The translations under genes and the position numbers were made by a program. Shown here piece by piece: positions 1 to 9,595 of a stretch of 64,000 nucleotides of DNA. Origin of the DNA: an uncultured Gemmatimonas sp. (GTDB lineage: Bacteria; Gemmatimonadota; Gemmatimonadetes; Gemmatimonadales; Gemmatimonadaceae); the NCBI GenBank assembly GCA_964557615.1, contig CAZLAU010000001.1:403-64402 (forward strand). Reading direction: 5' to 3'. The notes beneath the pieces were generated by a model, which was given only the letters and a program-made list of their open reading frames with translations, did not search any database and was not told the DNA's origin. Within the stretch, counting starts at the first letter, position 1. Each line of letters opens with the position of its first letter.

Positions 1-40
1 CCCGGCGGAGCGCCCGGAGGTTGATCGCGCTGGGGCCGGG

Positions 41-838
41 TTGTACCGAACGGTTCACCGGGAGTCCATGGCGGAGGTCTTGAAGGACCTTCGGGTACGC
101 CGCGTCGGCGCCGTGATCATTTCAGCCTCGCGGTGCAAGCCGGACGAGCTGCCACGGGCGACTCGGGTTGTGCGTGAATTCCCGCGAATCCCGGCGGTCG
201 TGCTGGTCAGCCGTCACGCACGCGCGACGCCCTCTGACCTGCTGGCGCTCGGCAACTGCGGAATGCAGCAGTTGATCGATGTTCGCACCCCAGATGGGTG
301 GGGGCGGCTGCGAGAAATGTTGGCCGCCGGCGCGATTCAGGAACGCGACGACCGTGCCATGAAGGCGTTGCTGGAGGACCTGGAGGGCGCGCCCCCGGAC
401 ATGGTTCGTTTCATCGAGGCGCTGTTTGTCGGCTACGCGGGCCTCCGAACCGTTCGCGACCTCGCCAATACCCTGGGGGTCCTTCCGAGCACGATGGTCA
501 GCCGGTTCTATCGGGCGGGCCTACCCGCCCCCAAGAAATACCAGGCCTGTGCCGGGCTTGTCCGTGCGGCGAGGCTGCTCGAGAACACGGGCCTCTCCAT
601 TGCCGATGTCTCCAACCATCTGGACCACTCGTCACCGCAAAGTTTTGCGCGGCACGTGCGAACGTATCTCGGGATCTCAGCGGGGGAATTCCGGCGGCGG
701 TTCACGGGTGAGGCGATGATGCACCGCTTCCGCGAGGAACTCATCTGGCCGCATCGCGAACGACTGATGAAGCTGTCTCCCCTGATCATGCGACCGCGAA
801 TCGGAACTGGAGGTAAGCGGAATCGGCTTCCGGCTTAG
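41..838 (+). CDS. AraC/XylS-family transcriptional regulator with an N-terminal alpha/beta sensor-like region
   Basis: 265-aa ORF. C-terminal AraC-type HTH (SIADVSNHLDHSSPQSFARHVRTYLGISAGEFRRRF). Start ambiguous (TTG 41 or ATG 68). Confidence 0.7.
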   Translation: MYRTVHRESMAEVLKDLRVRRVGAVIISASRCKPDELPRATRVVREFPRIPAVVLVSRHARATPSDLLALGNCGMQQLIDVRTPDGWGRLREMLAAGAIQERDDRAMKALLEDLEGAPPDMVRFIEALFVGYAGLRTVRDLANTLGVLPSTMVSRFYRAGLPAPKKYQACAGLVRAARLLENTGLSIADVSNHLDHSSPQSFARHVRTYLGISAGEFRRRFTGEAMMHRFREELIWPHRERLMKLSPLIMRPRIGTGGKRNRLPA

Positions 839-848
839 CAGGCCCACA

Positions 849-1403
849 TCAGGATTCGAGCGCGAGCAGCTCGGATATCGACGCAAGTGTGATGACCGGC
901 ACGTTCTCCGAGGCGAGGGCGTCACGCCCTCCCTCTTCCCGGTCCACGACGGCGAGAACTCCAATCACCGTTGCCCCCGCCTGACGCACCGCGGCGATCG
1001 CCCGTCTTGCCGAGCCGCCGGTGGTGATCACATCCTCCACCACGACGACCTGATCGCCGGATCGGAACGGACCCTCGATGAGGCGCCCCGTTCCGTGGGA
1101 CTTGGCCTCCTTTCGCACGGTGAACGCACGGATTCCCGCGCCGGACTGGGCGCTCGCATAAGCAATCGCGTACGCCACGGGGTCAGCGCCCAGGGTCAAA
1201 CCACCGACGGAATCCGGATGCAGGCCTGCATCCGCAAACCTGCGCAGTGCGAGTGGCCCGATCGTTGCGAGCCCGTCCGGGCTCATCGTGGTAAGCCTCG
1301 CATCGACGTAGTACGACGACGTGCGGCCTGACGCGAGGGTGAACGATCCCCGCCTTACCGAGCGTTCGGCGAGAAGGGCCAGCAGGCGCGCGTGAGCCGT
1401 CAC
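849..1403 (-). CDS. pyrE: orotate phosphoribosyltransferase
   Basis: PRPP loop VVVVEDVITTGGS and SGRTSSYYVD motif. The ORF is open to TTG 1439, but GTG 1403 gives the usual N-terminus (TAHARLLALLAERS). Confidence 0.85.
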   Translation of the reverse strand: MTAHARLLALLAERSVRRGSFTLASGRTSSYYVDARLTTMSPDGLATIGPLALRRFADAGLHPDSVGGLTLGADPVAYAIAYASAQSGAGIRAFTVRKEAKSHGTGRLIEGPFRSGDQVVVVEDVITTGGSARRAIAAVRQAGATVIGVLAVVDREEGGRDALASENVPVITLASISELLALES

Positions 1404-1470
1404 GACGCGGAGGTTACCCGGTGGTAGTTTTCCGGTCAATGTGTGTCCAGGCTTCCTTCGCGCGCCGGCG

Positions 1471-2499
1471 ATGAACGTGCGTCGGACAGTTCGTTTGTCG
1501 AGCGTTGCACTTGGCGGGGCGCTTCTAGGACTCCTCGCGGTGCTGGGGATCGCCGAGTACCATCTGCAAGCTGCCGCGGCGCCGTGGCTAGCCAGGGTGA
1601 GCCTGTGGGTCGCGCTGGGGGTGGTGGCGGCCGGGTTGGCGATCGTGTTCTTCTATGAGCGGCGACAGGCACGGCGCATCGAGGAACGATCTGCCGAGCT
1701 GGAACAACTATCTGCAGAGCTGTACCGTGCGAACCGCGCCAAGGCGGAGTTTCTGGGAAGCGTTTCGCACGAATTGCGCACCCCACTTTCCGCAATCGTC
1801 GGCTTCGTGGACCTGTTGCGCGACGGTTCCTATGGCGAACTGAACCCGCGACAACGCGGCCCGGTCGAACGCATCGAATCCTCCGCCAACCACCTCCGGG
1901 AGTTGGTTGAACAGGTTCTTGATCTCGCCCGGATGGCCGCCGGTCGCTTGGAGGTGCACTCGGAGTCGGTGAGGCTCCGACCCTTCATCATCGACGTCGT
2001 GTCCGAGATGGAGCCGCTGGCCGCTGCGCGAGGTTTGAGCTTTTCCATCAGCGTGCCAGGATCACTGCCGCGGGTCGTGACCGACATCTCGCACCTGCGC
2101 CGCATCCTGGTCAACCTGATCGGAAACGCCATCAAGTTCACCGAGACCGGCAGTGTCGCCATTCGTGCCATGCAGGTGGGAGATGACGAGCTGTCCGCCG
2201 TTGCGGCGTCAACAGGGAGGCGCCCCCTGTTGCTGGCCTACGACTCCTGGATTGCGATTCAGGTTGCCGACACGGGCATTGGAATCGAGTCGGCGAACCT
2301 GGAGAGGATCTTCGAGGAGTTCGAACAGGTGAATGCCGGCCCGCGTGCAGATTCACAGCGCCGAGGCACGGGTCTCGGGCTGACGATTTCCCGACGCCTC
2401 GCGCGGCTCCTCGATGGCGACATTTCCGTGGAAAGCACGCCGGGCCGCGGCTCGCTCTTCACCGTCTGGCTGCCGGCCGACGCTGACCTCGGCGGCTGA
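1471..2499 (+). CDS. sensor histidine kinase
   Basis: Two N-terminal TM segments, H-box SHELRTPL, and ATPase boxes NLIGNAIKFT, DTGIGI, GTGLGL. ATG 1471 preferred over ATG 1441. Confidence 0.85.
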   Translation: MNVRRTVRLSSVALGGALLGLLAVLGIAEYHLQAAAAPWLARVSLWVALGVVAAGLAIVFFYERRQARRIEERSAELEQLSAELYRANRAKAEFLGSVSHELRTPLSAIVGFVDLLRDGSYGELNPRQRGPVERIESSANHLRELVEQVLDLARMAAGRLEVHSESVRLRPFIIDVVSEMEPLAAARGLSFSISVPGSLPRVVTDISHLRRILVNLIGNAIKFTETGSVAIRAMQVGDDELSAVAASTGRRPLLLAYDSWIAIQVADTGIGIESANLERIFEEFEQVNAGPRADSQRRGTGLGLTISRRLARLLDGDISVESTPGRGSLFTVWLPADADLGG

Positions 2500-2503
2500 C
2501 CGT

Positions 2504-3457
2504 TCAGCTCTTGCCGCGAAACAGCCCCTTCATCCTCGAGAAGATGCCCGGATCGCCGGCTGCCGGCGCGCTATCCGAAGCGAGGGCCGCCGAGAGTTCG
2601 CGCGCGAAGTCGACCACAGTGGCGTACCGGGCCTTGGGATCCTTCGCCAACCCTCGCATTACAACCGCCTCAACCGTGTTTCCATAGGCGACGTCCGGCT
2701 TCGCCTTGTTGAGGGTGATCGGCGGCTGCGAAAGCAGCTGGGTGAACATCTCGCGGGGAGACTTGGCCGTGTACGGCAAGGTCCCCGTCAGGAGCAGATA
2801 GGCGATGCACGCCAGGCTGTATTGGTCGGCAGCTGGCGTGACGATCTCGCCACTGAGCGCCTCCGGTGCCACGTACATCAACGTGCCGACAAAAAACCCG
2901 GCGCGCGTCAGCCGCTCGTCCGGGGCAACGTCCGTGGCCGTGGCAATGCCGAAGTCGAGCAGCTTGACGTTGCGGGTCGCCGGGTCGTACATCAGATTCT
3001 CGGGCTTCAAGTCCCGATGGACGATGTCGTTGGCATGGGCGGCGTGAACGGCGTCGGCAATCTGTGTGACGATCGTCGCTACTTCGTCGGGCGGCAGCGG
3101 GGCACATTTCTTTGCATAGCCTTCGAGCAGCTCGCCAGCGGCCCACTCAATCGCAAGGAAATGGACCCCTTCGGGTGACTGACCGAGCTCGATGGTCCGC
3201 ACAACGTTCGGGTGCTGTACACGGGTGCCGAACGACGCTTCGCGGAGAAATCGAGCAACGGCCGTTCGATCCTGGCGAAGTTTGTCGCGCAGGACCTTCA
3301 GGGCGACGGTTCCGTGGCCCGGATGACTTGCCCGGTATACGGTTGCCGTCCCGCCCTCGCCAACACGCTGTTCGAGGGCGTACCCGGCGATGGTGGAGCC
3401 AGTGAGGGGATCGCGCGACACCGGGGCGAACCTAAGGTGCGGGCCACGCGGGAGCAA
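2504..3457 (-). CDS. Hanks-type serine/threonine protein kinase (kinase domain only)
   Basis: GEGGTATVY..ALK, HRDLKPEN, DFG and APE motifs. Start uncertain (TTG 3457 or GTG 3421). Confidence 0.85.
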   Translation of the reverse strand: MLPRGPHLRFAPVSRDPLTGSTIAGYALEQRVGEGGTATVYRASHPGHGTVALKVLRDKLRQDRTAVARFLREASFGTRVQHPNVVRTIELGQSPEGVHFLAIEWAAGELLEGYAKKCAPLPPDEVATIVTQIADAVHAAHANDIVHRDLKPENLMYDPATRNVKLLDFGIATATDVAPDERLTRAGFFVGTLMYVAPEALSGEIVTPAADQYSLACIAYLLLTGTLPYTAKSPREMFTQLLSQPPITLNKAKPDVAYGNTVEAVVMRGLAKDPKARYATVVDFARELSAALASDSAPAAGDPGIFSRMKGLFRGKS

Positions 3458-3493
3458 GCGAACGGACGCACATTACACGGGGTACTGTTCTGG

Positions 3494-4909
3494 ATGGATA
3501 TGACTTTCGCGAAAAACAGGCAGCAATCCGGCACCACGGTGAATCTGCTGCGGTCGGCGACGGCCGCCGCGGCTATTGCCCTGCTCCAGGCCTGCGGTGG
3601 CTCGCAGGGCCGCCCGGCGGGCGCGCCACCGGAGCCTTCCAGCGCGCAACGAAGCTCGCTCGGACCGCAGGAATATGACGTTGTCGGGTTGTTTCGAAGG
3701 CTCGGGCTGTTGGCGCGTGGCGCGCCGATGCCATTCGTGGGAAGCGTCGCGTTCTTTGCCTCCGCAACTCCGGACTCCACCCACACGCTCGTCGCGATCT
3801 CCATCTCGAACTCAGCGCTCACGTTTGCGCGGGAAGACGATCGATTCCGGGCCGGATACAGCGTGACCATTTCGCTCCGGCGTGGGGCTGCCACTGTCCG
3901 GACGATCGAGGCACACGAAAATGTCGTCGTCGCCAGCTTCAAGGAGACGACCCGCGCCGACGAAAGCGTCCTGTTCGAGGAAATTCTCACGCTGGCGCCG
4001 GGGCAGTATGAGTTCTCGGTCAGTGTCCGGGACGACGGCAGCGCGCGTTCCAGCGAAGATGCCGCGACGCTTGACGTCCCATCGGCGGCGGCGCGCGGAC
4101 TCTCGACACCCGTATCGTTTGCGCGAGCCAGCATTCGGACGCGACTCGCCGCGATACCGCAGATCATCGTGAATCCGACATCGGCCGCGATCTTCGGCCG
4201 GGATTCCCTCATTCCATTCTTCGTCGAAGCGTACGGTGCCGACAGCACGCCTCGCACGGTGCAGTACAGCGTCCACGCCGAGAACGGAAACACGATGTTT
4301 CGCGACAGCGCCACCTTGGCGCGCCACGGATCCCTGCATGCGGGAACCATCGGAATTCCGACGGCTCGGGTCGGAATCGGAGCAATGCGCCTGGCGGTCT
4401 GGGCAGCGGGCGCGATGGACACCGTTCGTGCGCCGCTCTTTGTGGGGTTCGGCGTCGACCTCCCGCTGGCGTCGTACGAGGAGATGGTGAACTACCTGCG
4501 ATGGTATGCGTCGCCATTCCGGATCGAGCAGTTGCGGAACACGCCGCCAGAATCGCGGCCGGCGGCGTGGACCGAGTTCGTGAGCTACTACTCGGACCTG
4601 TATCGGTCGCCAGACGCCCTTCGCGATTACTTCACGCGCATGGCCGAAGCCAATGCCCGGTTCCGGGAAGAGGCGTCACCAGGGTGGATGACCGACCGCG
4701 GCCGGGTGCTGCTCGGACTCGGGCGCCCGGATCAGGTGTACGAGCAGCCGCAGCGAACACTGACCGATCGTGGACGCACGCAGATATGGGAGTATCGCAA
4801 CGTCAACCTGATTGTCACGTTCTACGACCAGAATGGATTCGGCCGCTGGAAGTTGACTGCGTCGAGCGAAGCGGAGTTCATGACGTCGTGGCGTCGGCGC
4901 GTGCAGTAG
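3494..4909 (+). CDS. GWxTD domain-containing lipoprotein
   Basis: C-terminal GWMTDRGRVLLGLGRPD...IWEYRN motif and signal/lipobox ALLQAC. ATG 3494 chosen because the upstream part of the ORF overlaps the divergent kinase. Confidence 0.75.
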   Translation: MDMTFAKNRQQSGTTVNLLRSATAAAAIALLQACGGSQGRPAGAPPEPSSAQRSSLGPQEYDVVGLFRRLGLLARGAPMPFVGSVAFFASATPDSTHTLVAISISNSALTFAREDDRFRAGYSVTISLRRGAATVRTIEAHENVVVASFKETTRADESVLFEEILTLAPGQYEFSVSVRDDGSARSSEDAATLDVPSAAARGLSTPVSFARASIRTRLAAIPQIIVNPTSAAIFGRDSLIPFFVEAYGADSTPRTVQYSVHAENGNTMFRDSATLARHGSLHAGTIGIPTARVGIGAMRLAVWAAGAMDTVRAPLFVGFGVDLPLASYEEMVNYLRWYASPFRIEQLRNTPPESRPAAWTEFVSYYSDLYRSPDALRDYFTRMAEANARFREEASPGWMTDRGRVLLGLGRPDQVYEQPQRTLTDRGRTQIWEYRNVNLIVTFYDQNGFGRWKLTASSEAEFMTSWRRRVQ

Positions 4910-4919
4910 TGCGCCCGGG

Positions 4920-7760
4920 ATGACGCCGGCATCACCACCGCGACTCTTTCTGGTCGATGGCTACGCGCTGATCTATCGGTCGTTCTTCGCCCTCGGCAAC
5001 CAGCAGCTGGTCAACAGCAAGGGTGAGAACACGGCGATTGCGCACGGGGCAGCGGAGTTTCTGCGCCGGTTGATCGATCGGCATCACCCAGAGTATCTGG
5101 GCTGGGTCCACGACGCCGGACTCTCGTTCCGTCACGAAACGTATCCGGCGTACAAGGCGACCCGCGAACGCCTCGAGCCACAGATGCAGGCTGATTTCGA
5201 CACGGGAGTGGAGCGAATCAGCGAGATCCTCGACGGGTACCGGATTCCGATCCTTGAGCTCGACGGCTTCGAGGCAGACGATGTGATCGGAACGCTCGCT
5301 CGCCAGGCGATTGCGCAAGGTGTCGAAACGGTGATCGTGTCCGGTGACAAGGACTTTCTCCAGCTGGTCGGGCCGGGCGTCAAGGTCCTCAATCCATGGC
5401 ATGGCCGGCCGGGTCAGACCACCGAGAAGTGGTACGACACCGAGAACGCCGCCGAACGGCTGGGCGTCGCACCGGAGCGTGTTGTCGACTACCTCGCCCT
5501 GCTTGGCGACAGCTCCGACAATGTGCCGGGTGTCCGGGGGGTCGGTGACAAGACGGCGCGGGCACTCATCGAACGGTGGGGGCCACTCGAGAATATCCTG
5601 GCGCACCTTCCCGAGGTCGAGCCGGCGCGCGCCCGGTCCGCACTCGAGGCAAACGCCGCAAACGGGATACTGTCGAAGCAGCTGGTCACGATCAGGACCG
5701 ATCTCGCGATGACGCTCGATCTCGACTCCCTCGCGGTGCGTGATCCCGATTGGGCGAAGCTACGGGACCTGTTCGTGAAGTTGGAGTTTCGCGTGCATGC
5801 GCAGAAGGCGGCGGCGCGAGCCGACGACCGCAGCACGGCAACATCGGATGCCGGAAGGGCCGCGGGAATAACGAGCTTCGAAACCATTGACGACACAGCC
5901 GGCGTGGAGCGCGTCATTGCACTCGCCAGGGCTGCGGGATCCATGGCGATCAAGGCGGAAACAGTCATGGAGGCAGGTGCCCCGCCGGTGATGGATCCGA
6001 TGCGGTCGAGAATCGTCGGAATTGCTGTGGCAACGGCGCCTGGAGTGGCGTTCTACCTCCCGTTTGCGCACCGGGGCGCCGAACCGGCTCAGCATGAGCT
6101 GGCGGTTGGTGGTCCGCGATTGCCGCCAGATTCGGACAACACCGTCAGGAACCTTCCGCCGCTGCTTGGTCCCGAAATGGCCGGCTTCCGGTCACTACTT
6201 GAAGATCGTGCCGTGGCGAAAATCGGGCACAACATCAAGTTCGACCTACTTGCGCTGAGGAAGGCCGGGGTCGGCCTCGATGGAATCGCATTCGACACCA
6301 TGATCGCAAGCCACCTGCTCGACGCCGGGCGACGTTCGCACGCCCTCGACGCTCTGGCTGTCGACCTCCTTCAGCGATCTATTCCGTCGTTCGAGTCGCT
6401 TACCGGCAAGGGGAAGGCGCAGATTTCGTTTGATCGCGTAACCGTCGACGCTGCGCGTGAGTATTCCGCAGCAGACGCAAGTACGCGCCACGAACTCCGC
6501 GACGTGCTGGAGCCCCAGCTCGCCCCGGCGGGCGCAGACCGCGTATTGCGCGAAGTCGAACTCCCGCTGATCAATGTGCTGGCCGAGATGGAATGGACGG
6601 GCATTTGCATCGACCTGCCGTGGTTCCTCTCGCTGAAGACGAAGTTTGCGCGCGAACGCGGGTTGGCCGAGGACGCGATCTACGAAGTGGCCGGCGAGCG
6701 GTTCAACATCAACTCGAACCGGCAACTTGCGACGATCTTGTTCGAGCGCATGGGACTGCCGGTCCGGAAGAAGACTTCCACAGGGCCGAGCACGGACGCA
6801 TCGGTGCTGCAGCAGTTGGCCGACGAGGGCAACGTGCTTCCGGGATTGATTCTGGAGTATCGTGAGTTCGCGAAACTCGAGAGTACCTACCTGGACACGC
6901 TACCGGGTCTCGTGAATCCGCACACTGGTCGGCTGCATACGTCGTATAGCCAGGCCGGCGCCGCCACGGGACGGCTGGCGTCCAGCGATCCGAACCTCCA
7001 GAACATTCCCATTCGCCGGGATCTCGGCAAGGCAATCCGCCAAGGGTTCGTGCCGCAGGACGGCTGGAAATTGGTGGCGGCCGACTACTCGCAAATCGAG
7101 CTGCGGCTGCTCGCCCACCTGTCAGGCGACCCGGCGTTCGTGGCCGCCTTTGCCGCCGGCGGCGACATCCATCGGCAAACAGCGTCGATCATCTTTGGCG
7201 TTGAGGCGAACCAGGTCACGCCGGACATGCGCGCGCGTGCCAAGACCATCAACTTCGCCACCATCTACGGACAGGGAGCGCACGCCCTCTCGCAGCAACT
7301 GAAGATCGAGCACACCGAAGCCAAGCAGTTCATCGAGACCTACTTCGTTCGATTTGCCGGGGTTCGCGACTTCCTCGATGCGACGGTCGCACAAGCACGC
7401 GAACGCGGATATGTCGAGACCATTCTGGGCCGCCGCCGCTACATCCGCGAGCTGCAGGATCGGAACTTCAATATTCGTGCTTTTGGTGAGCGAACCGCGC
7501 AGAACTCGCCCATTCAGGGATCCGCCGCAGACCTGATCAAGGTGGCCATGATTCGCGTGCACGCCGAGATTCGCGCCAAGGGCCTGCGGAGTCGCATGCT
7601 TCTGCAAGTCCACGACGAGCTGGTGTTCGAGACCCCGCCATCAGAGCTGGACTCCCTGAAGGAACTGGTAACCGTCGCCATGACCACGGCCGTGCCCTTG
7701 AAGGTTCCGGTCGTGGTCGACCTTGGCGTGGGCGACAATTGGCTCGAGGCGAAATCCTGA
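4920..7760 (+). CDS. polA: DNA polymerase I
   Basis: 946 aa. 5'-3' exonuclease N-terminus and family A polymerase motifs (DYSQIELRLLAH, RARAKTINFATIYG, QVHDELVFE). Confidence 0.95.
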   Translation: MTPASPPRLFLVDGYALIYRSFFALGNQQLVNSKGENTAIAHGAAEFLRRLIDRHHPEYLGWVHDAGLSFRHETYPAYKATRERLEPQMQADFDTGVERISEILDGYRIPILELDGFEADDVIGTLARQAIAQGVETVIVSGDKDFLQLVGPGVKVLNPWHGRPGQTTEKWYDTENAAERLGVAPERVVDYLALLGDSSDNVPGVRGVGDKTARALIERWGPLENILAHLPEVEPARARSALEANAANGILSKQLVTIRTDLAMTLDLDSLAVRDPDWAKLRDLFVKLEFRVHAQKAAARADDRSTATSDAGRAAGITSFETIDDTAGVERVIALARAAGSMAIKAETVMEAGAPPVMDPMRSRIVGIAVATAPGVAFYLPFAHRGAEPAQHELAVGGPRLPPDSDNTVRNLPPLLGPEMAGFRSLLEDRAVAKIGHNIKFDLLALRKAGVGLDGIAFDTMIASHLLDAGRRSHALDALAVDLLQRSIPSFESLTGKGKAQISFDRVTVDAAREYSAADASTRHELRDVLEPQLAPAGADRVLREVELPLINVLAEMEWTGICIDLPWFLSLKTKFARERGLAEDAIYEVAGERFNINSNRQLATILFERMGLPVRKKTSTGPSTDASVLQQLADEGNVLPGLILEYREFAKLESTYLDTLPGLVNPHTGRLHTSYSQAGAATGRLASSDPNLQNIPIRRDLGKAIRQGFVPQDGWKLVAADYSQIELRLLAHLSGDPAFVAAFAAGGDIHRQTASIIFGVEANQVTPDMRARAKTINFATIYGQGAHALSQQLKIEHTEAKQFIETYFVRFAGVRDFLDATVAQARERGYVETILGRRRYIRELQDRNFNIRAFGERTAQNSPIQGSAADLIKVAMIRVHAEIRAKGLRSRMLLQVHDELVFETPPSELDSLKELVTVAMTTAVPLKVPVVVDLGVGDNWLEAKS

Positions 7761-7883
7761 GCCGCCCGCGCGCTTGCACTCTGCGGCATCCGGTGCGAAA
7801 CGAGTGTCATTAAGTGAGAGCCTGGACATCCGCCCATAGCGAAAGGCGATGAAAGGCATACGTTTAGCCAGGTGCCCTCGAAC

Positions 7884-7898
7884 GGCCCCGAGCTTGCC
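7884..7898 (+). promoter_or_regulatory. candidate sigma-54 (-24/-12) promoter upstream of the pilin-like gene
   Basis: cGGCCCCGAGCTTGCc. GG (7884-7885) and GC (7896-7897) have the canonical 12-nt register and an intact TTGC element. About 50 nt upstream of ATG 7949. Confidence 0.35.
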
Positions 7899-7948
7899 AC
7901 TCCGATTCCGCGGCCCGTTCCAGCGAACCCACGAAACCGGACAAGACT

Positions 7949-8377
7949 GTGACCATGATCACAATCCAACCCACGGCACCCAAGTGGCCCAACGGGCGCG
8001 AGCGCCCATCGGGTTTCACGCTGATCGAACTGCTGATCGTCGTGGTCATCATCGGGATCCTGGCCGCCATCGCGATACCGAAATTCCAGAACACCAAGGG
8101 TAAGGCGAACGCCGCATCCCTGAAGACGGATCTTCGGAACCTCGCCACCGCCGAAGAAGCGTACTTCTTCGAAAACGCCGTTTACACGGACGACATCAGC
8201 AAGCTGAGCTACAGGAACTCGCCCGGGGTTGTGCTGACCGTGATGTCAGCGACGTCGTCGGGGTGGTCCGCCATTGCGACACACCCGGCCTCATACCCGC
8301 TGACGTGTGCGCTCTTTTCGGGAAATGTTTCAGCCCTTTCGCCCGCGACGATCGAAGGCCTGATCGGTTGCCAATAG
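7949..8377 (+). CDS. type IV pilin-like protein (prepilin N-terminal cleavage/methylation domain)
   Basis: G|FTLIELLIVVVIIGILAAIAIPKF with Glu at +5. Unusually long 22-residue leader if ATG 7949 is the start. Confidence 0.7.
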   Translation: MTMITIQPTAPKWPNGRERPSGFTLIELLIVVVIIGILAAIAIPKFQNTKGKANAASLKTDLRNLATAEEAYFFENAVYTDDISKLSYRNSPGVVLTVMSATSSGWSAIATHPASYPLTCALFSGNVSALSPATIEGLIGCQ

Positions 8378-8395
8378 TGCCGGCGTGACGGCCGC

Positions 8396-8722
8396 ATGAT
8401 CAGGTGGCAAGAGTTCACGCGCTGGAGAGCCGGGCTCGAGCACGCGCTGTCCGGTGGCTTGTGGCTTCATCGGCACACGTGGCATGGGCATGCGATGGCG
8501 CACCTTGTGTCGTGCAACCTTGAAGCGCTGGAGCGTGCAGGGCTTGCGATGGGCCTGCATCCGTCGCGCCTGCAGTTTCGCCCACTGAAGGACCCGCGAA
8601 CCGGCGAGCGAGCAGCCGCGTGGCACTGGGACCTTGTTGGGCCGTGGGTTCCAGCCCGCCCACCATCACCGCCGCCGCAGCCCCGACCCCTCGAGGGCAT
8701 GCCCGAGCGCCATCGGGCCTGA
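8396..8722 (+). CDS. small hypothetical protein, DUF4031-like by eye
   Basis: HGHAMAHLVSCNLEALERAGLAMGLHPSRLQF...HWDL resembles the DUF4031 pattern (McHl.sD..eLh.mA..iGl...w.q...HYDi). The 3' end overlaps the convergent permease by 57 nt. Start uncertain. Confidence 0.35.
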   Translation: MIRWQEFTRWRAGLEHALSGGLWLHRHTWHGHAMAHLVSCNLEALERAGLAMGLHPSRLQFRPLKDPRTGERAAAWHWDLVGPWVPARPPSPPPQPRPLEGMPERHRA

Positions 8723-9589
8723 TCTCGCGCCGCCCACAATCGCCATGGCAGCGAGCGTGAGCACGTACGGCGCCGCCAGTACGAGGTTGTACGGCACGCT
8801 CCAACCAAGCGACTGCGCGAGGAATTGAAGCGCGCCCGCGGCGCCGAACAATAGCGCTCCAACGGCTACGCCGAGCGGTTTCCAGCGTCCGAGCGCGACG
8901 ATCGCAATCGCGATGAACCCCCGCCCTGCTGACATGCTGTCTGAAAACGTCCCCGTCTGGGCAACAACCAGTGAGGCACCGCCAAGTCCTGCGAGGAAAC
9001 CACACACGCAGAGTGCGCCCACCCGCGCGCGAACGGGGCTGTGTCCCGCCGCACGCACCGCGCCCGGCTGCTCGCCGGTCGCACGTAGGACCACGCCGGC
9101 AATTGTCCGATACAACGCCCAGCTCGTGAGCGGAAAGAGCGCGTAGAGCAGGTACGTAGGCATTGGCTGTACGAACAGCGCCCGCCCGATCAACGGAAGA
9201 TCCGAGAGCAACGGAATCGCGATCGCCGGAAGAGTGGTAATGCTGGCCGGGCTCCCGCCCTGCGGAAAAGCGCCGTTGAGCGTGGCCGTGAGTCCGAGGG
9301 CAAGCATCGTAACGGCTGCCCCGACGATGATCTGGTGAGCCCGAAGCGCAAGGACAAAGAATGCGAATATCAGGCCCACGAAGAGCCCGGCGAGTCCACC
9401 GGCAGCAAGGCCTGCCGAGGGGCCGAGTGCAGCCGCGACGACAAACGACACAAACGCCCCGCCGATAATGGAACCTTCCAGGCCGATGTTGATGACACCG
9501 CTGCGCTCGGCCACGAGCTCGCCAAGCGCGGCAAATGCCAGCGGAGTTGCACCGCGAACGATTGCCTCGAGAAAACCGTCAACGAGCAT
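8666..9589 (-). CDS. ABC transporter permease (BMP/nucleoside-type importer, second permease)
   Basis: Multi-TM 307-aa ORF. Last gene of the BMP-type ABC operon. Confidence 0.8.
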   Translation of the reverse strand: MLVDGFLEAIVRGATPLAFAALGELVAERSGVINIGLEGSIIGGAFVSFVVAAALGPSAGLAAGGLAGLFVGLIFAFFVLALRAHQIIVGAAVTMLALGLTATLNGAFPQGGSPASITTLPAIAIPLLSDLPLIGRALFVQPMPTYLLYALFPLTSWALYRTIAGVVLRATGEQPGAVRAAGHSPVRARVGALCVCGFLAGLGGASLVVAQTGTFSDSMSAGRGFIAIAIVALGRWKPLGVAVGALLFGAAGALQFLAQSLGWSVPYNLVLAAPYVLTLAAMAIVGGARSGPMALGHALEGSGLRRR

Positions 9590-9595
9590 CGGTGG

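Noticed and set aside
3298-4422. 374-aa minus-strand ORF
   Set aside because: It is antisense to the GWxTD gene. It is Ser/Ala/Arg-rich with no motif.
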